A DNA stretch of 64,000 bases from Vulcanimicrobiota bacterium (GTDB lineage Bacteria > Vulcanimicrobiota > Vulcanimicrobiia > Vulcanimicrobiales > Vulcanimicrobiaceae): NCBI GenBank assembly GCA_963714015.1, contig OY970223.1, positions 3,232,001-3,296,000 on the forward strand, written 5' to 3'. The position numbers and the translations under genes are program-made. Under the pieces are notes generated by a model. It was not told where the DNA came from and made no database searches. It was given only the letters and a program-made list of their open reading frames with translations. Shown one piece after another: positions 1-9,901 of the stretch. Each line of letters begins with the position of its first letter. The first letter of the stretch is position 1.

Positions 1-725
1 TGCGCAACAACTACGAATACACCAAGCACTTGGCGCACTGGAGCGTCGATGCGGGCGCGCGCTTCATCTATGCGTCCTCGGCGGCGACGTACGGCGCGCG
101 CGAACGCGATCTGCGCGACGATGCAGACTTGGACACACTGCGCCCGCTGAACATGTATGCGTATTCGAAGCACCGCTTCGATCTCTACGCGCGCGATCGC
201 GGGTTGCTCGATCGCATCACCGGAATCAAATACTTCAACATCTTCGGCCCGAACGAGCACCACAAGGGCGACATGCGAAGCCTGGTCGACAAGGCGTTTC
301 ATCAAATTCGCGAATCGGGCGGCATCCGGCTATTCAAGAGTCACCGGGAAGAGTACCGCCACGGCGAGCAGCAACGCGATTTTTTGTACGTCAAAGACGC
401 GGTCGCAATGACGATCCATCTGGCGCAGACCGACGCGTTCGGCTTGTATAACGTCGGCGCAGGCATGCCGCATACGTGGCTCGATCTGGTGCAGCCGATC
501 TTCCGCGCGATGAACGTACCCGAGCGGATCGAGTTCATCGACATGCCGCCCACCCTGCGCGACAAATATCAATATTGCACCTGCGCTGCGATGGAACGTC
601 TGCGCGCGACGGGCTACGACGAGCCCGTAACGCCGCTTGCGGACGCGGTCGACGACTACGTTCGCAACTATCTCATGCCGGGTCTACGGCTCGATCCGGG
701 CCCTGCATTGAGCCGCAGGCTTTAA
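1..725 (+). CDS. hldD: ADP-L-glycero-D-manno-heptose 6-epimerase (5'-truncated by window)
   Basis: Extended SDR motifs YASSAATYG, PLNMYAYSK, YFNIFGPNEHHKGDM and RDFLYVKD, typical of HldD/RfaD. Confidence 0.9.
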   Translation, partial: RNNYEYTKHLAHWSVDAGARFIYASSAATYGARERDLRDDADLDTLRPLNMYAYSKHRFDLYARDRGLLDRITGIKYFNIFGPNEHHKGDMRSLVDKAFHQIRESGGIRLFKSHREEYRHGEQQRDFLYVKDAVAMTIHLAQTDAFGLYNVGAGMPHTWLDLVQPIFRAMNVPERIEFIDMPPTLRDKYQYCTCAAMERLRATGYDEPVTPLADAVDDYVRNYLMPGLRLDPGPALSRRL

Positions 726-752
726 AGCGAACGGCAGTCAACTAACGGGCGA

Positions 753-1523
753 ATGAGCCAGCCAACGCGCGCAGAACGCCGCCGGAACGCCCGCGGCGGG
801 TCCACTCCGCCCCCGGCCAAACGCGATCCGATGACGCCGATTTATATCGGATTCGCCGTCGTGATCGTTTTGGTGCTTGCCGGGTTCGGCATCTCGAATT
901 ACATCACGAATCACGCGCGAGCGCAGGCCATCGCCTTCGACCTTTCCACGCCGACGCCCGGACCGTCACCGACCACCAAACCCGTGCAGCTGCAACCGGG
1001 ACAAACGGTCGGAAAACCGATCTTCGGAATCCCCACGCCGAATCCGCAAAAAGGTATTCTCCCCGACACTGCGACCGGAGGCCACGGTCAAACCATCGAC
1101 GGCATTCCCTGCGAAGCAACCGAAGCCGTCGCATTGCACGTTCACAGCCATCTGTCGGTTCTGGTCAACGGCTCGCCGCTGCAGATTCCCGCCTACATCG
1201 GCATTGCGTTGAGCGGACCGCAGCAGTCGTGCCTCTACTGGATTCATACGCACGACGCCAGCGGCGTCATCCACGTCGAAGCCGGCGACGTCACCGCCCC
1301 GAACGGCGGCCCCTTCACCATCGGCAACTTCTTCGACATTTGGGGTGAACCGCTAACGAACGATCAAGTCGGGCCGTTCAAAGGCAAAGTCACCGCGTTT
1401 GTCAACGGACAGGCGTACAACGGCGATCCGCGCAGCATTCCGCTGCGCGCGCACCAAGGCATCGTCCTTGAAGTAGGCCGCGTCGTACCGCCGCCGACGT
1501 ATCTGATTCCCTCCGGGGAGTAA
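753..1523 (+). CDS. Membrane-anchored hypothetical protein with Cys/His motifs
   Basis: One N-terminal TM helix, Pro-rich linker, motifs C..HVHSH and CLYWIHTHD..GVIHVE. Confidence 0.75.
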   Translation: MSQPTRAERRRNARGGSTPPPAKRDPMTPIYIGFAVVIVLVLAGFGISNYITNHARAQAIAFDLSTPTPGPSPTTKPVQLQPGQTVGKPIFGIPTPNPQKGILPDTATGGHGQTIDGIPCEATEAVALHVHSHLSVLVNGSPLQIPAYIGIALSGPQQSCLYWIHTHDASGVIHVEAGDVTAPNGGPFTIGNFFDIWGEPLTNDQVGPFKGKVTAFVNGQAYNGDPRSIPLRAHQGIVLEVGRVVPPPTYLIPSGE

Positions 1524-1549
1524 GCGCGCGGCGCAAGCGTAACGCAGCG

Positions 1550-2116
1550 TCAGCGGAGTGCCGATTCGATAGCCGCGGACAGTTCGCCGTATGGCGTTTC
1601 GCCGCTTCCGGCGTAGTCGATAGTTTTGTTGCGCGCGATGACGACGAGGGTCGGAAATCCGCTCTGGAGATACTCGCGCGCCACGGTAAGCGAGGGATCG
1701 TACGCGGCGGGATACTGAACGTTGAATCGCTGGATAAATGTAAGAACGTCCTGAGGACTTGACTGGCTTTGTCCGTCCATTGCCCTGTTGCTGCCGCTGA
1801 CGGCGACGAATTGGACGCGGTTCTTGTACGCTTGATAAAGCCGATCGATAATCGCGGTTTCACGCTGGCAGTGCGGGCACCACGTTGCGAAGATCTCGAG
1901 GAACACCGGACGGTTTGTTGCGGCGAGATTGAAATAGCCCCGATCTGTGGCCGCCGTGAATTGCGGCGCCTTCTGACCTTTCTGCAGCGCCGCTTGGGGC
2001 GGCGCCTGCACGGCGCTGGACTTTACGCCGCCATTGTTTGCATAACGGATCGCGGCGTAAATACCGATCGCGATGACGACCAGCGTAACGACGATCCACG
2101 TATTTCTGTTCTTCAT
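1550..2116 (-). CDS. TlpA-family thiol:disulfide oxidoreductase
   Basis: N-terminal TM; FATWCPHC thioredoxin motif; cis-Pro region GFPT. Confidence 0.9.
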   Translation of the reverse strand: MKNRNTWIVVTLVVIAIGIYAAIRYANNGGVKSSAVQAPPQAALQKGQKAPQFTAATDRGYFNLAATNRPVFLEIFATWCPHCQRETAIIDRLYQAYKNRVQFVAVSGSNRAMDGQSQSSPQDVLTFIQRFNVQYPAAYDPSLTVAREYLQSGFPTLVVIARNKTIDYAGSGETPYGELSAAIESALR

Positions 2117-2562
2117 GAGCTCCTCATGCGTCTATCGAGTGCGTATAGTCCTGGGGCTCCCCAAGCAACGACGACGCAAAGTGCCGCGAGCACCAAGTCC
2201 ACGGCAACGTGCGGCCAGTCCGCCGTCGCGCTGTCTTGCGGACCAAAGCATCCGCAATTTGCGGCAATATGGCGCACGACGGCGGAGGCGATAGCGGCCG
2301 CGTAGATCGTGAGTTGCAACGCGCCGACGGCTGCTGTCCAACGCGTGAAGAGTCCGGCGATCAAGTACAGGCCCAACAAAAGTTCGAAAAACGGCAGCAG
2401 CACGGCAATCGGACCTACGACGCTCGCCGGCAGGATGCGAAAGCCCGCGATAGCCGCTGCGAGCTCGTTGAAATGGCCGACCTTCAACGCACCGGCTGTA
2501 AGGAACAGCGCACCAATCAATACGCGCACTGCAAGGATGGCTGCGGCCTGCTTGCGCTCCAT
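2113..2562 (-). CDS. MauE/DoxX-family membrane protein
   Basis: Four hydrophobic helices with CGCFG motif; start taken at MERKQ; stop overlaps the TlpA start. Confidence 0.85.
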   Translation of the reverse strand: MERKQAAAILAVRVLIGALFLTAGALKVGHFNELAAAIAGFRILPASVVGPIAVLLPFFELLLGLYLIAGLFTRWTAAVGALQLTIYAAAIASAVVRHIAANCGCFGPQDSATADWPHVAVDLVLAALCVVVAWGAPGLYALDRRMRSS

Positions 2563-2621
2563 CACGTCATAATCCGTCTCCTGCGCAGTTTTTCCTCGAT
2601 TTGCGGCGTAGACTACGGCGC

Positions 2622-3176
2622 ATGACCAAGTGCTGGCTGCCGGCGGCGCTTCTGCTGCTCGCCGCATGCGCCGCGCGCCCTGCTCTTCACGGCACGACGC
2701 TTTCGCCGCCGAAACCGGCCCCGAACTTCGTGCTGCGCGATCAATACGGGCACAGGTTCTCCCCGGCCCGCTCTCGGGGCTCTGCGATTGCCTTGTACTT
2801 TGGCTTCACGCATTGTCGCGACATCTGTCCGGCAACGCTTCGTCTGCTCCAACGAGCCCGTTCGCGCGCCCACCTGAGGGACACACAACTGCGGTTGGTG
2901 ATGATCACCGTCGACCCGAAGCATGACGACGCGCGTGCCTTTCAAAAGTTTTTTCGGCGGACGGGCGTACGGGCTTTGGGTTTGACCGGGCAGCGGGTGG
3001 AGCTGACGCGCGTCTACAAGGCTTACGGAGTGGCCGTTGAGCCGCGATCGCGCGATATCGTGCACTCCGACGTCGTCTACTTGATCGATCCGCAAGGAAG
3101 GCTGCGCGAGCTCATCACGCCCGACACTGCGCTCAATGACGTTGCGCAGGACCTGCGCACGGTCGTAGACTCGTAG
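2622..3176 (+). CDS. SCO family copper chaperone (lipoprotein)
   Basis: Lipobox LAAC; FGFTHCRDICP (CxxxC); TVDP; conserved His in IVHS. Confidence 0.9.
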   Translation: MTKCWLPAALLLLAACAARPALHGTTLSPPKPAPNFVLRDQYGHRFSPARSRGSAIALYFGFTHCRDICPATLRLLQRARSRAHLRDTQLRLVMITVDPKHDDARAFQKFFRRTGVRALGLTGQRVELTRVYKAYGVAVEPRSRDIVHSDVVYLIDPQGRLRELITPDTALNDVAQDLRTVVDS

Positions 3177-3177
3177 C

Positions 3178-4128
3178 ATGCTCTTGCCGCTGCTCGCGCT
3201 GCTGGCTTCCACCATCCCGGTGCACGGAACCGTGCTTGCGCCCGGACGCGCTGAAACGGTTATCGTCCGTTTGGATCAGGTGACCGGCATGGTGCCGGCT
3301 CAGACGAGAGCCGTGCGGCTCAGCCCGCCTTTGCAGGTGCCGGCCGGAACGGGAATCGATGCTTTCTTGGATCGTACCGCGACGCCGTGGGAGCTCTATG
3401 ACAGCACTGTTACGGGAAGATTCGTCGCGGGGTTGCCCGACACGGGCAAGGTCATTCCGATCGATCTCGGATCGCGCCTACCGGCAACGCAGCTCGTCGA
3501 CCAGCGCGGAGCGATGGTCGATCTAGCCTCGAGTTTCCGCGGTAAAGTCAACCTGATCAGTTTCGTTTTCACCAGATGCCCGGACAAAGACGAGTGCCCC
3601 CTCATCAGCGCAAAATTCTCGGAACTCCAGCGCGAGCTGGATCCGTCGCACTTTCACCTCATCGAAATTACGCTGGACCCCTCTTACGATTCGCCCGCAG
3701 TGCTCGCTGCCTATGCTCGCACGTTTCAAGCGCAGGCCGGTTCCTGGTCGATCGTCACCGGGCAGGGCCACCAGATCGCGCATCTGCTCAACGCGTTCGG
3801 CATCTCTTCATTGCGCGTGGGCGATGCGCAATTCGACCACAACGACAAAGTGTTCCTGACGGATCCGTCGGGAAGGGTGGCGGACATCGTCCAGACCGCT
3901 GCTTTCAGTCCTTCAAATCTGGCCGCCGAGGCAAAACATCTGGCAGGCCTGGCTTCCGATCCCTTCGGAAGGTGGGAGCTTTCGCTCATCGCCTCGGTGG
4001 CCGCTATGTGCGGCGGAAGTCAGTTTGCCGGCGTAGTGTTGTTGGAAACGATGCTGTTCTTGCTGATCGCGGTGGTTTCGTTTACGACTCTCGCCTGGGT
4101 TGCGCGTAAATTCTGGAAAAACGCGTGA
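3178..4128 (+). CDS. SCO family protein with N-terminal extra domain and C-terminal TM
   Basis: FVFTRCPDKDECP, ITLDPSYD and DHND motifs; hydrophobic C-terminus. Confidence 0.8.
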   Translation: MLLPLLALLASTIPVHGTVLAPGRAETVIVRLDQVTGMVPAQTRAVRLSPPLQVPAGTGIDAFLDRTATPWELYDSTVTGRFVAGLPDTGKVIPIDLGSRLPATQLVDQRGAMVDLASSFRGKVNLISFVFTRCPDKDECPLISAKFSELQRELDPSHFHLIEITLDPSYDSPAVLAAYARTFQAQAGSWSIVTGQGHQIAHLLNAFGISSLRVGDAQFDHNDKVFLTDPSGRVADIVQTAAFSPSNLAAEAKHLAGLASDPFGRWELSLIASVAAMCGGSQFAGVVLLETMLFLLIAVVSFTTLAWVARKFWKNA

Positions 4129-4351
4129 GCGCAAAACGCACGCCGCGCGTCCCCGCGAGCGCGGACGCGTAAAAACCGAGCAGGCAGATCGCGAGCAACG
4201 CAAGGTTTGCAGCGAGCAGCATACCCACCAGCCGAGCATCTCCGCGATGGTACGTGACCGCCAGCCACGAAGCCCGCTCCAGCGGCACGCCCGCGAAAAA
4301 CATGAACATGTCGCAGACGACCACGAAACCGATGAGGTAACGGGTCCTCAT
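4082..4351 (-). CDS. Small two-TM membrane protein
   Basis: ATGA overlap with upstream gene stop; two hydrophobic segments. Confidence 0.55.
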   Translation of the reverse strand: MRTRYLIGFVVVCDMFMFFAGVPLERASWLAVTYHRGDARLVGMLLAANLALLAICLLGFYASALAGTRGVRFALTRFSRIYAQPRRES

Positions 4352-5244
4352 TCGCCGGCCATCAGCGTCAGCGCGTAAGAGATTGCGGCGGACGTCTCGT
4401 CCGGACTCCCGAGCGTGAGCCGGTAGCAGCGAATATTTTGAATCGCGGCAATCGCTCGTGAGACGCGATCGACCATGTCGCCCCTTGCGTCGAACCAGCG
4501 GGAGACGGAAGGAAGCGCAGCCGCCGTATCCACCAGTTCAAGGGCTGCGCAATGGCCGCTTCCGGTAATCGTGAAGAGCGCGCGCAAAGGACCCGGCTGC
4601 GCAATTGCATCCCTTCCAAAACACGTTTTGATCGAGAGATCCGGACTCGTTCGCAACGGATCCGGCTCGGAGTCGCGATCCCCCAGCAGCAGCCGCGCGC
4701 CGGTGGCGCGGACCGAACAGCGCCGCAAAAACGGATAAACGACGTTGTCGCGCATCACTGCCAATTCATCCGAATAGATCCGCATTCCGCGGCGGGCGCA
4801 AGACAGCAGCGTCGTCGTCTTACCGGTGGTCGAGTGTCCGGCGATTGCTGCCGCGATGCCGTTGTGTTCGATTGCTGCAGCCTGCATCGAGCAGAGCGTT
4901 GCGTCGTAACGGATCAGCGCGCTCAAAGCCACTGAGTCCGCAAGGAACATGACCGCGTCGGCAGGCAGCACACCTTGCGTCCATCGCCACGTCGCCGCGT
5001 GCGCGCACCAAAAGGCGTAACCGCCGCGCACAGTAGCAACGAAATAGCGGAAATCAGGCCGACGCGTGGCCGGGTGATCCGCGTAACGCAGCGCAAACAG
5101 GCGTGCCACTTCAGGCATGTCCGTGCAAATCTGAACCGCGACGCCGGCGATCTCGCAGGTTGCCGTGAACGTGCAGTACCGCTCCATGGCGGTGGTGCCG
5201 TCGTTGACCGATCGCGTCAGTTGCTCCGCGCGTATCACGCGCAT
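4348..5244 (-). CDS. HPr kinase-like P-loop protein
   Basis: Walker A GHSTTGKTT preceded by MQAAAI (HAA-like) and followed by IYSDE; PEPCK/HPrK-like arrangement. Confidence 0.7.
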   Translation of the reverse strand: MRVIRAEQLTRSVNDGTTAMERYCTFTATCEIAGVAVQICTDMPEVARLFALRYADHPATRRPDFRYFVATVRGGYAFWCAHAATWRWTQGVLPADAVMFLADSVALSALIRYDATLCSMQAAAIEHNGIAAAIAGHSTTGKTTTLLSCARRGMRIYSDELAVMRDNVVYPFLRRCSVRATGARLLLGDRDSEPDPLRTSPDLSIKTCFGRDAIAQPGPLRALFTITGSGHCAALELVDTAAALPSVSRWFDARGDMVDRVSRAIAAIQNIRCYRLTLGSPDETSAAISYALTLMAGE

Positions 5245-6125
5245 GCTGCAATCTCTTGCAACAGCAGCGACGCCGACTCTTCCGGCTTTCCGAGAACCAC
5301 GTCAAAAGATGCCACGCCGCGAAGCGCATGGCGCGCTGCCGCGATTTGCGCAAGTTCGCTTGGACGCGCGTAGGCACGCTGCAGTATCAGCGGAAGCGCT
5401 TGCGGGAACGCGAGCGCATTGACGGCACATTGCTCGCCTCGCCCGCTCAAAATACAGACGGCTCGCAAGGGCAATACCCGTGAAGACGGCTGCACTCCCA
5501 AAACGTCCTCGTTCAAACCGTACCAGAACCGCCCGCGATCGGTCTCAAAATAGTGGTCGCAGCCAATGACGCGGCCGGCGGTCGACTCCGGCAGGTAGTT
5601 CAGGGCGCTTTCACGCAGGGAAGGCCGCCGCGGCAGGGCCGAGATCTCGCCGTTGCCGAGCGAGAAGATCGCAGTTTCGTCTCCCAAGAACGTAGCGCCG
5701 TGTAACGTCATGTGCAGTGCCAGAATAGTCTTCCCAATTGCGGTCGGACCCAAGAGCAGCACGCCGCCGCGGGGTGTTCCGAGCAGGACGCCGTAGAGCG
5801 CCAGCGATGCGCCCTGCATCGCGGCGCACCGAGCAAAGATTTCCCTGGCCGCCAAGTACACGGCGGGCGCGTCGCCCGTCGAGCCGGCTATGGGAAGTGT
5901 TCGACGGCCCAACCGAACGTGCAGCCGGCCGTCGCCCAGACGTCGCATCGAAGCGGTGCAGTTGGGTGGACGAACCGAACTGCAGCGCAGAGGCCCATAT
6001 GCGGCCTCCAAGATTTTCAGGGCCGCCGGATCGTGAACTTCGAGCGCCAACACCTGGCTGCCCACGCGAAAAAGCAAGCGCTCGGAGCACTCGCCCTGCG
6101 ACGCCTCGGCAGCCGGCAGCAACAT
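5235..6125 (-). CDS. HPr kinase-like P-loop protein (paralog)
   Basis: Walker A GPTAIGKT and FLGDE motif; overlaps the downstream paralog. Confidence 0.7.
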   Translation of the reverse strand: MLLPAAEASQGECSERLLFRVGSQVLALEVHDPAALKILEAAYGPLRCSSVRPPNCTASMRRLGDGRLHVRLGRRTLPIAGSTGDAPAVYLAAREIFARCAAMQGASLALYGVLLGTPRGGVLLLGPTAIGKTILALHMTLHGATFLGDETAIFSLGNGEISALPRRPSLRESALNYLPESTAGRVIGCDHYFETDRGRFWYGLNEDVLGVQPSSRVLPLRAVCILSGRGEQCAVNALAFPQALPLILQRAYARPSELAQIAAARHALRGVASFDVVLGKPEESASLLLQEIAACA

Positions 6126-6269
6126 GCTTCTATCGTAGTCTCGAGCGGACGAGAGAAACGACGGTCCCCGGGCCCGTCCGCCGCCAGTAAATAGGGCCCA
6201 CCCTTAGGCCCTTCGGCGCGGGAAATTACGGGAAACGCTCAAAGCAGTTCGGAATTGCCATCCCCTGGA

Positions 6270-6830
6270 ATGGGAGTGCCTCGAAAGCCGGTCGAGCCGC
6301 CGACGCCGCAGCAAACAGCCTTCTTGGAGCGGGCGATCGAGCAGTACGGTAAGGCGACTTATAACTTCGCCTACCGCCTGACCCGCAACGAGGCGGATGC
6401 TCGCGACCTCACCCAGGAAGCGTTCATTCGGGTCTACCGGGCCTGGCGCAGTTTCCAGCCGGGGACCTCGTTCTTGTCTTGGATTTATCGCATTGTAACA
6501 AATCTGCACCGGGACGAACTTCGGCGCAAGAAAGGACGTTATCAGGAGGAGATACCCGAGGACAACGCCCCGCAGGAGTTCGCGGGCGAACGGCCTCTGG
6601 CGGTGACGCCGATAGACGATTACGTGGAGGGGCAACTGAGCGAGCCGCTCGCGAAATCGCTCGATCAGCTCTCGGCGGATCAGCGCCAAGTCATCGTCCT
6701 TGCGGATATCGAGGAGTACAGCTACCAGGAAATTGCCGAGATTATGGGGTGCTCGATCGGAACGGTCCGCTCACGGCTCCATCGCGCTCGGGCGTTGCTA
6801 CGACGATTAGTACAGAGACAACAACAATGA
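6270..6830 (+). CDS. ECF RNA polymerase sigma factor (SigE/RpoE-like)
   Basis: Region 2 DARDLTQEAFIR...SWIYRI; region 4 YSYQEIAEIMGCSIGTVRSRLHRAR. Confidence 0.93.
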   Translation: MGVPRKPVEPPTPQQTAFLERAIEQYGKATYNFAYRLTRNEADARDLTQEAFIRVYRAWRSFQPGTSFLSWIYRIVTNLHRDELRRKKGRYQEEIPEDNAPQEFAGERPLAVTPIDDYVEGQLSEPLAKSLDQLSADQRQVIVLADIEEYSYQEIAEIMGCSIGTVRSRLHRARALLRRLVQRQQQ

Positions 6831-7345
6831 CGCATCTATCACACGAACAACTCATCGACTACATGCATGGAGCACTTGGGCCGGGGCAGGACGCTTCGGT
6901 TTACGAACATTTGGAGTCATGCGATCCGTGCCGGAAGCAGTATGACTCCGAGCTCGCGCTGACTGATCTGCTGCGCCAAGAAGCGGCGCGGGAAGAACGC
7001 GAGTTGCCCGCTATGCTAAAAGCGGAAATCTGGAGCCGCATTCGCACCGAGGAACCGCCGGCGTGGAGCCGCTTCTCTTCGTGGTTCCGCCTGAGTTTTG
7101 CGCTTCCCGTTGCGGCTGCGCTCGCCTTGGTCGCGTACTTCGGGAGCTCGTATCCCTGGTCGCCGGCGGGCCCTGCAATCGAGGCAGCCTATTATCTTCA
7201 GGACCACGCCGAACTCAACAGCACGGTTCCGTTCAGCGATCGCAATGCTACGCCGACGGACCTGATAAACTCAACCTCCGTCGACAATCAGCAATCTGCC
7301 GTTCCGGTAAACAGCGCTGAATATACGGCGGATGCTTCGCAGTAG
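6827..7345 (+). CDS. Zinc-finger (HxxxCxxC) anti-sigma factor
   Basis: HLESCDPC motif, one TM helix, ATGA coupling to the sigma gene. Confidence 0.88.
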   Translation: MTHLSHEQLIDYMHGALGPGQDASVYEHLESCDPCRKQYDSELALTDLLRQEAAREERELPAMLKAEIWSRIRTEEPPAWSRFSSWFRLSFALPVAAALALVAYFGSSYPWSPAGPAIEAAYYLQDHAELNSTVPFSDRNATPTDLINSTSVDNQQSAVPVNSAEYTADASQ

Positions 7346-8351
7346 CTTCAAGCGACTGTGGGCGGCGCTGCTCTGCGCCTCGCTTCTAGGTGCTGCGCCC
7401 GCTAATCCGGACCAGCTGCTGCGCGAAGCCGTTGCGGCTTATTCGGACTATTCGTATTCCGGACAGGTTCAGAACACCGACTTCGGCACCAACCGTGCCG
7501 AAGCGGTGCTTTTCCGGATCGAACATCGCGCGCCCGATCTAACGCGCCGGTGGTATCTGGCTCCCGAGTCGCTCTTCGGCGACTCCATCATTAGCCGGGG
7601 CGACACCAGCTACGACGTCGACGAGCACAATCACCGCATTATCTTCAGCAAAGACGACGCGCTGGACGACCAGGTCGCTGAAGACGACAACTTCGGACTG
7701 CTTCTGCACAACTATCGTCCGTTAATCGGACCCGACGAAAACGTGGCCGGCCGCGACAGCATCACCGTGCTGCTCGTCAACAAGTATACAGGCCAAACGG
7801 TCATGCGCATCTCGATGGACGCGCGGACGAAACTCGTTCTGCAGAAAGAACTTTACGCACCCAGCGGGGCCGTGTCGCATCAGATGCGATTCGAGGAAAT
7901 CTCCTACGCCAAAGACTTTCCCAAGGGGCTGTTCGCGGTTCCGGCTCAGGGCTACGCTCAAGTCCAAGGATCCGGACACGGGCTTCCTTCCAACGATCTG
8001 CGTGCCGTCGTGGAAACGGCGGGATTTCAAGCTCGGGGACCGCAGTATTTGCCCGACGGCTTTCTGCCGATCGCGGGCGACGTGAGCGAAATCAAAGGCG
8101 TCCGCACGCTGCATCTGCTGTATTCCGATGGTCTGCGCACCGTCTCGCTGTTCCAGAATGCGCGCGGAGCACCGGTCGACACGTCGCGCTATCAGGTGCA
8201 CAGTACCAAGGTCGGTTCCCACGACGCCACCTATTTTGAAGACGGTTCCACGATGCTCGTGGCCTGGGCCGCCGGCGATCTGCACTTCGCTTTAGTAGGC
8301 GAGCTCTCTCGCGCAGAGCTTTTGCGGATCGCTTCTTCCGTCGCTCCTTAG
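7332..8351 (+). CDS. MucB/RseB-like periplasmic sigma-E regulator
   Basis: Signal peptide; LolA-like N-domain; C-terminal YLPDGF...LYSDGLRTVSLF...LVGEL typical of RseB. Confidence 0.85.
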   Translation: MLRSSFKRLWAALLCASLLGAAPANPDQLLREAVAAYSDYSYSGQVQNTDFGTNRAEAVLFRIEHRAPDLTRRWYLAPESLFGDSIISRGDTSYDVDEHNHRIIFSKDDALDDQVAEDDNFGLLLHNYRPLIGPDENVAGRDSITVLLVNKYTGQTVMRISMDARTKLVLQKELYAPSGAVSHQMRFEEISYAKDFPKGLFAVPAQGYAQVQGSGHGLPSNDLRAVVETAGFQARGPQYLPDGFLPIAGDVSEIKGVRTLHLLYSDGLRTVSLFQNARGAPVDTSRYQVHSTKVGSHDATYFEDGSTMLVAWAAGDLHFALVGELSRAELLRIASSVAP

Positions 8352-8394
8352 CGCCTCAGCCATTGAGCAGCGTCTCGGCATGAGGCTTGTTTCG

Positions 8395-9723
8395 TCATCT
8401 TCGGCGGACCGATCGGCGTACCACCGTTCCGGTGCCCATGGCATATGAAAACCGGTACAGCTGTTCGTACTGACCGGCACCGCCGGGATCGTAAGCGACG
8501 TAGATATAACCGGTCTGATCCGTCATCTCACTCGAGTTCTCGCCCGGAGACATTAACGTCGAATACCATGCGTACTTCGGACAAGGCTTACTGGTTCCGA
8601 CGCAGGCTACGAGCGCAGTCCCTACGTCTGCATTCGAAGGGCCGGGAGCATTGATGATTCGCGTTCCTGCCGACCAATGCACGAGGTCCGAAGAGGTTGC
8701 GAGATATATTCCGTCGTTTCCGACGATCAGAAGTACGTATGCGTTGAGGTAACGGTTAAACGATATCTCGGGGAATGCCATGTACTGCGTCGCCTCAACA
8801 GCACTAGGGCCGACATCAGTAAACGCCCCGCCGTGCAAAGCATCGGTTGAATACGAGCCGTTATAGTATTTCCTCCACGAACCCGGCGCGCCGTCGGCGG
8901 AAATCGGTGAGCGTGCAATCGCTAAGCCAAAATGATTCGTGCCGGGATCCGGATATTCGATGTAGGCGACATAGATATACCCGCCTACCGCGACTGCGGC
9001 AGGGTTGCATGCACCGTACCCGGCCGATGGCGGCGTGCCGGACGGTTTTGGATCCTCGCCCGCGATAATCGCCCCCGATTTCGTCCACGTGACGCCGTTG
9101 TCCGGCGAGGTCGCGAGCCCGACGGTACATTCGAAAGGCACTATGGGATAGTCCACGCCATTGAAGAGATGGTTCTCACCGTGATAGATCATCAGCAGAT
9201 TCGGCCCGCTTCCGACGGTAACGGTCCCCGGGCCGGCGTAGTCGGCGTCGAACGTTTCGGTGCCGGGACCGCTGTTCCCGATCACATACGCGGCGTTCGG
9301 CCCTGCTTGAGCGAGCGGCGCTAAATGCAGAAGGTCGCTCGTCGAGAACGCAAAGCCTCCATCACCCAAAACATCGTGCGCGTCACCCGTCATCCACGAA
9401 TTGTACGTCCCGTTCGACAGCTGCAAAAAGCTCATGACTTCATCGGGAACGCCCTGGACGCCGAATTGTCCCTGCACGAGCACGGGTTGAGGCGAGCCGA
9501 TCGCGATCGGCTGCGCGAGGTTGATCGCTCCGCCGGATGGCGCCGGCAGCGGCGTAAACACTACTTTCGCCGAGGCGCCGGATGGAGAGGCCGTCGGCGT
9601 CGGAGTTGGAGCGGCGGTGGGACCATTGCCCGGCGGGACCGTACTGCCGCCGCCTCCGCCGCCGCACGCAGCGATCGCAATAACCGCAGTAACGAGGAAT
9701 AATCTGCATCGCGGTAATCGCAT
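8395..9723 (-). CDS. Secreted lipoprotein, probable beta-propeller glycoside-hydrolase-like
   Basis: Lipobox IAAC-GGGG, Pro/Thr linker, Asp-box-like SPDNGVTW and SSDLVHW. Confidence 0.65.
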   Translation of the reverse strand: MRLPRCRLFLVTAVIAIAACGGGGGGSTVPPGNGPTAAPTPTPTASPSGASAKVVFTPLPAPSGGAINLAQPIAIGSPQPVLVQGQFGVQGVPDEVMSFLQLSNGTYNSWMTGDAHDVLGDGGFAFSTSDLLHLAPLAQAGPNAAYVIGNSGPGTETFDADYAGPGTVTVGSGPNLLMIYHGENHLFNGVDYPIVPFECTVGLATSPDNGVTWTKSGAIIAGEDPKPSGTPPSAGYGACNPAAVAVGGYIYVAYIEYPDPGTNHFGLAIARSPISADGAPGSWRKYYNGSYSTDALHGGAFTDVGPSAVEATQYMAFPEISFNRYLNAYVLLIVGNDGIYLATSSDLVHWSAGTRIINAPGPSNADVGTALVACVGTSKPCPKYAWYSTLMSPGENSSEMTDQTGYIYVAYDPGGAGQYEQLYRFSYAMGTGTVVRRSVRRR

Positions 9724-9901
9724 GACGTTCCTCCGGATCAGCTATTAGTACATTGAATGCACGAGAATCGATCGATAGTTATTTTTCATGAGCGCACGCA
9801 TCCGATGCTGCATGCGCGATCTCGGCGCATCGTACCGCGCCGCTGTTACAGAACGGTTAAATGCGGGCTCACCGAGCGAATAGGTCCATTGTCCCATAGC
9901 G

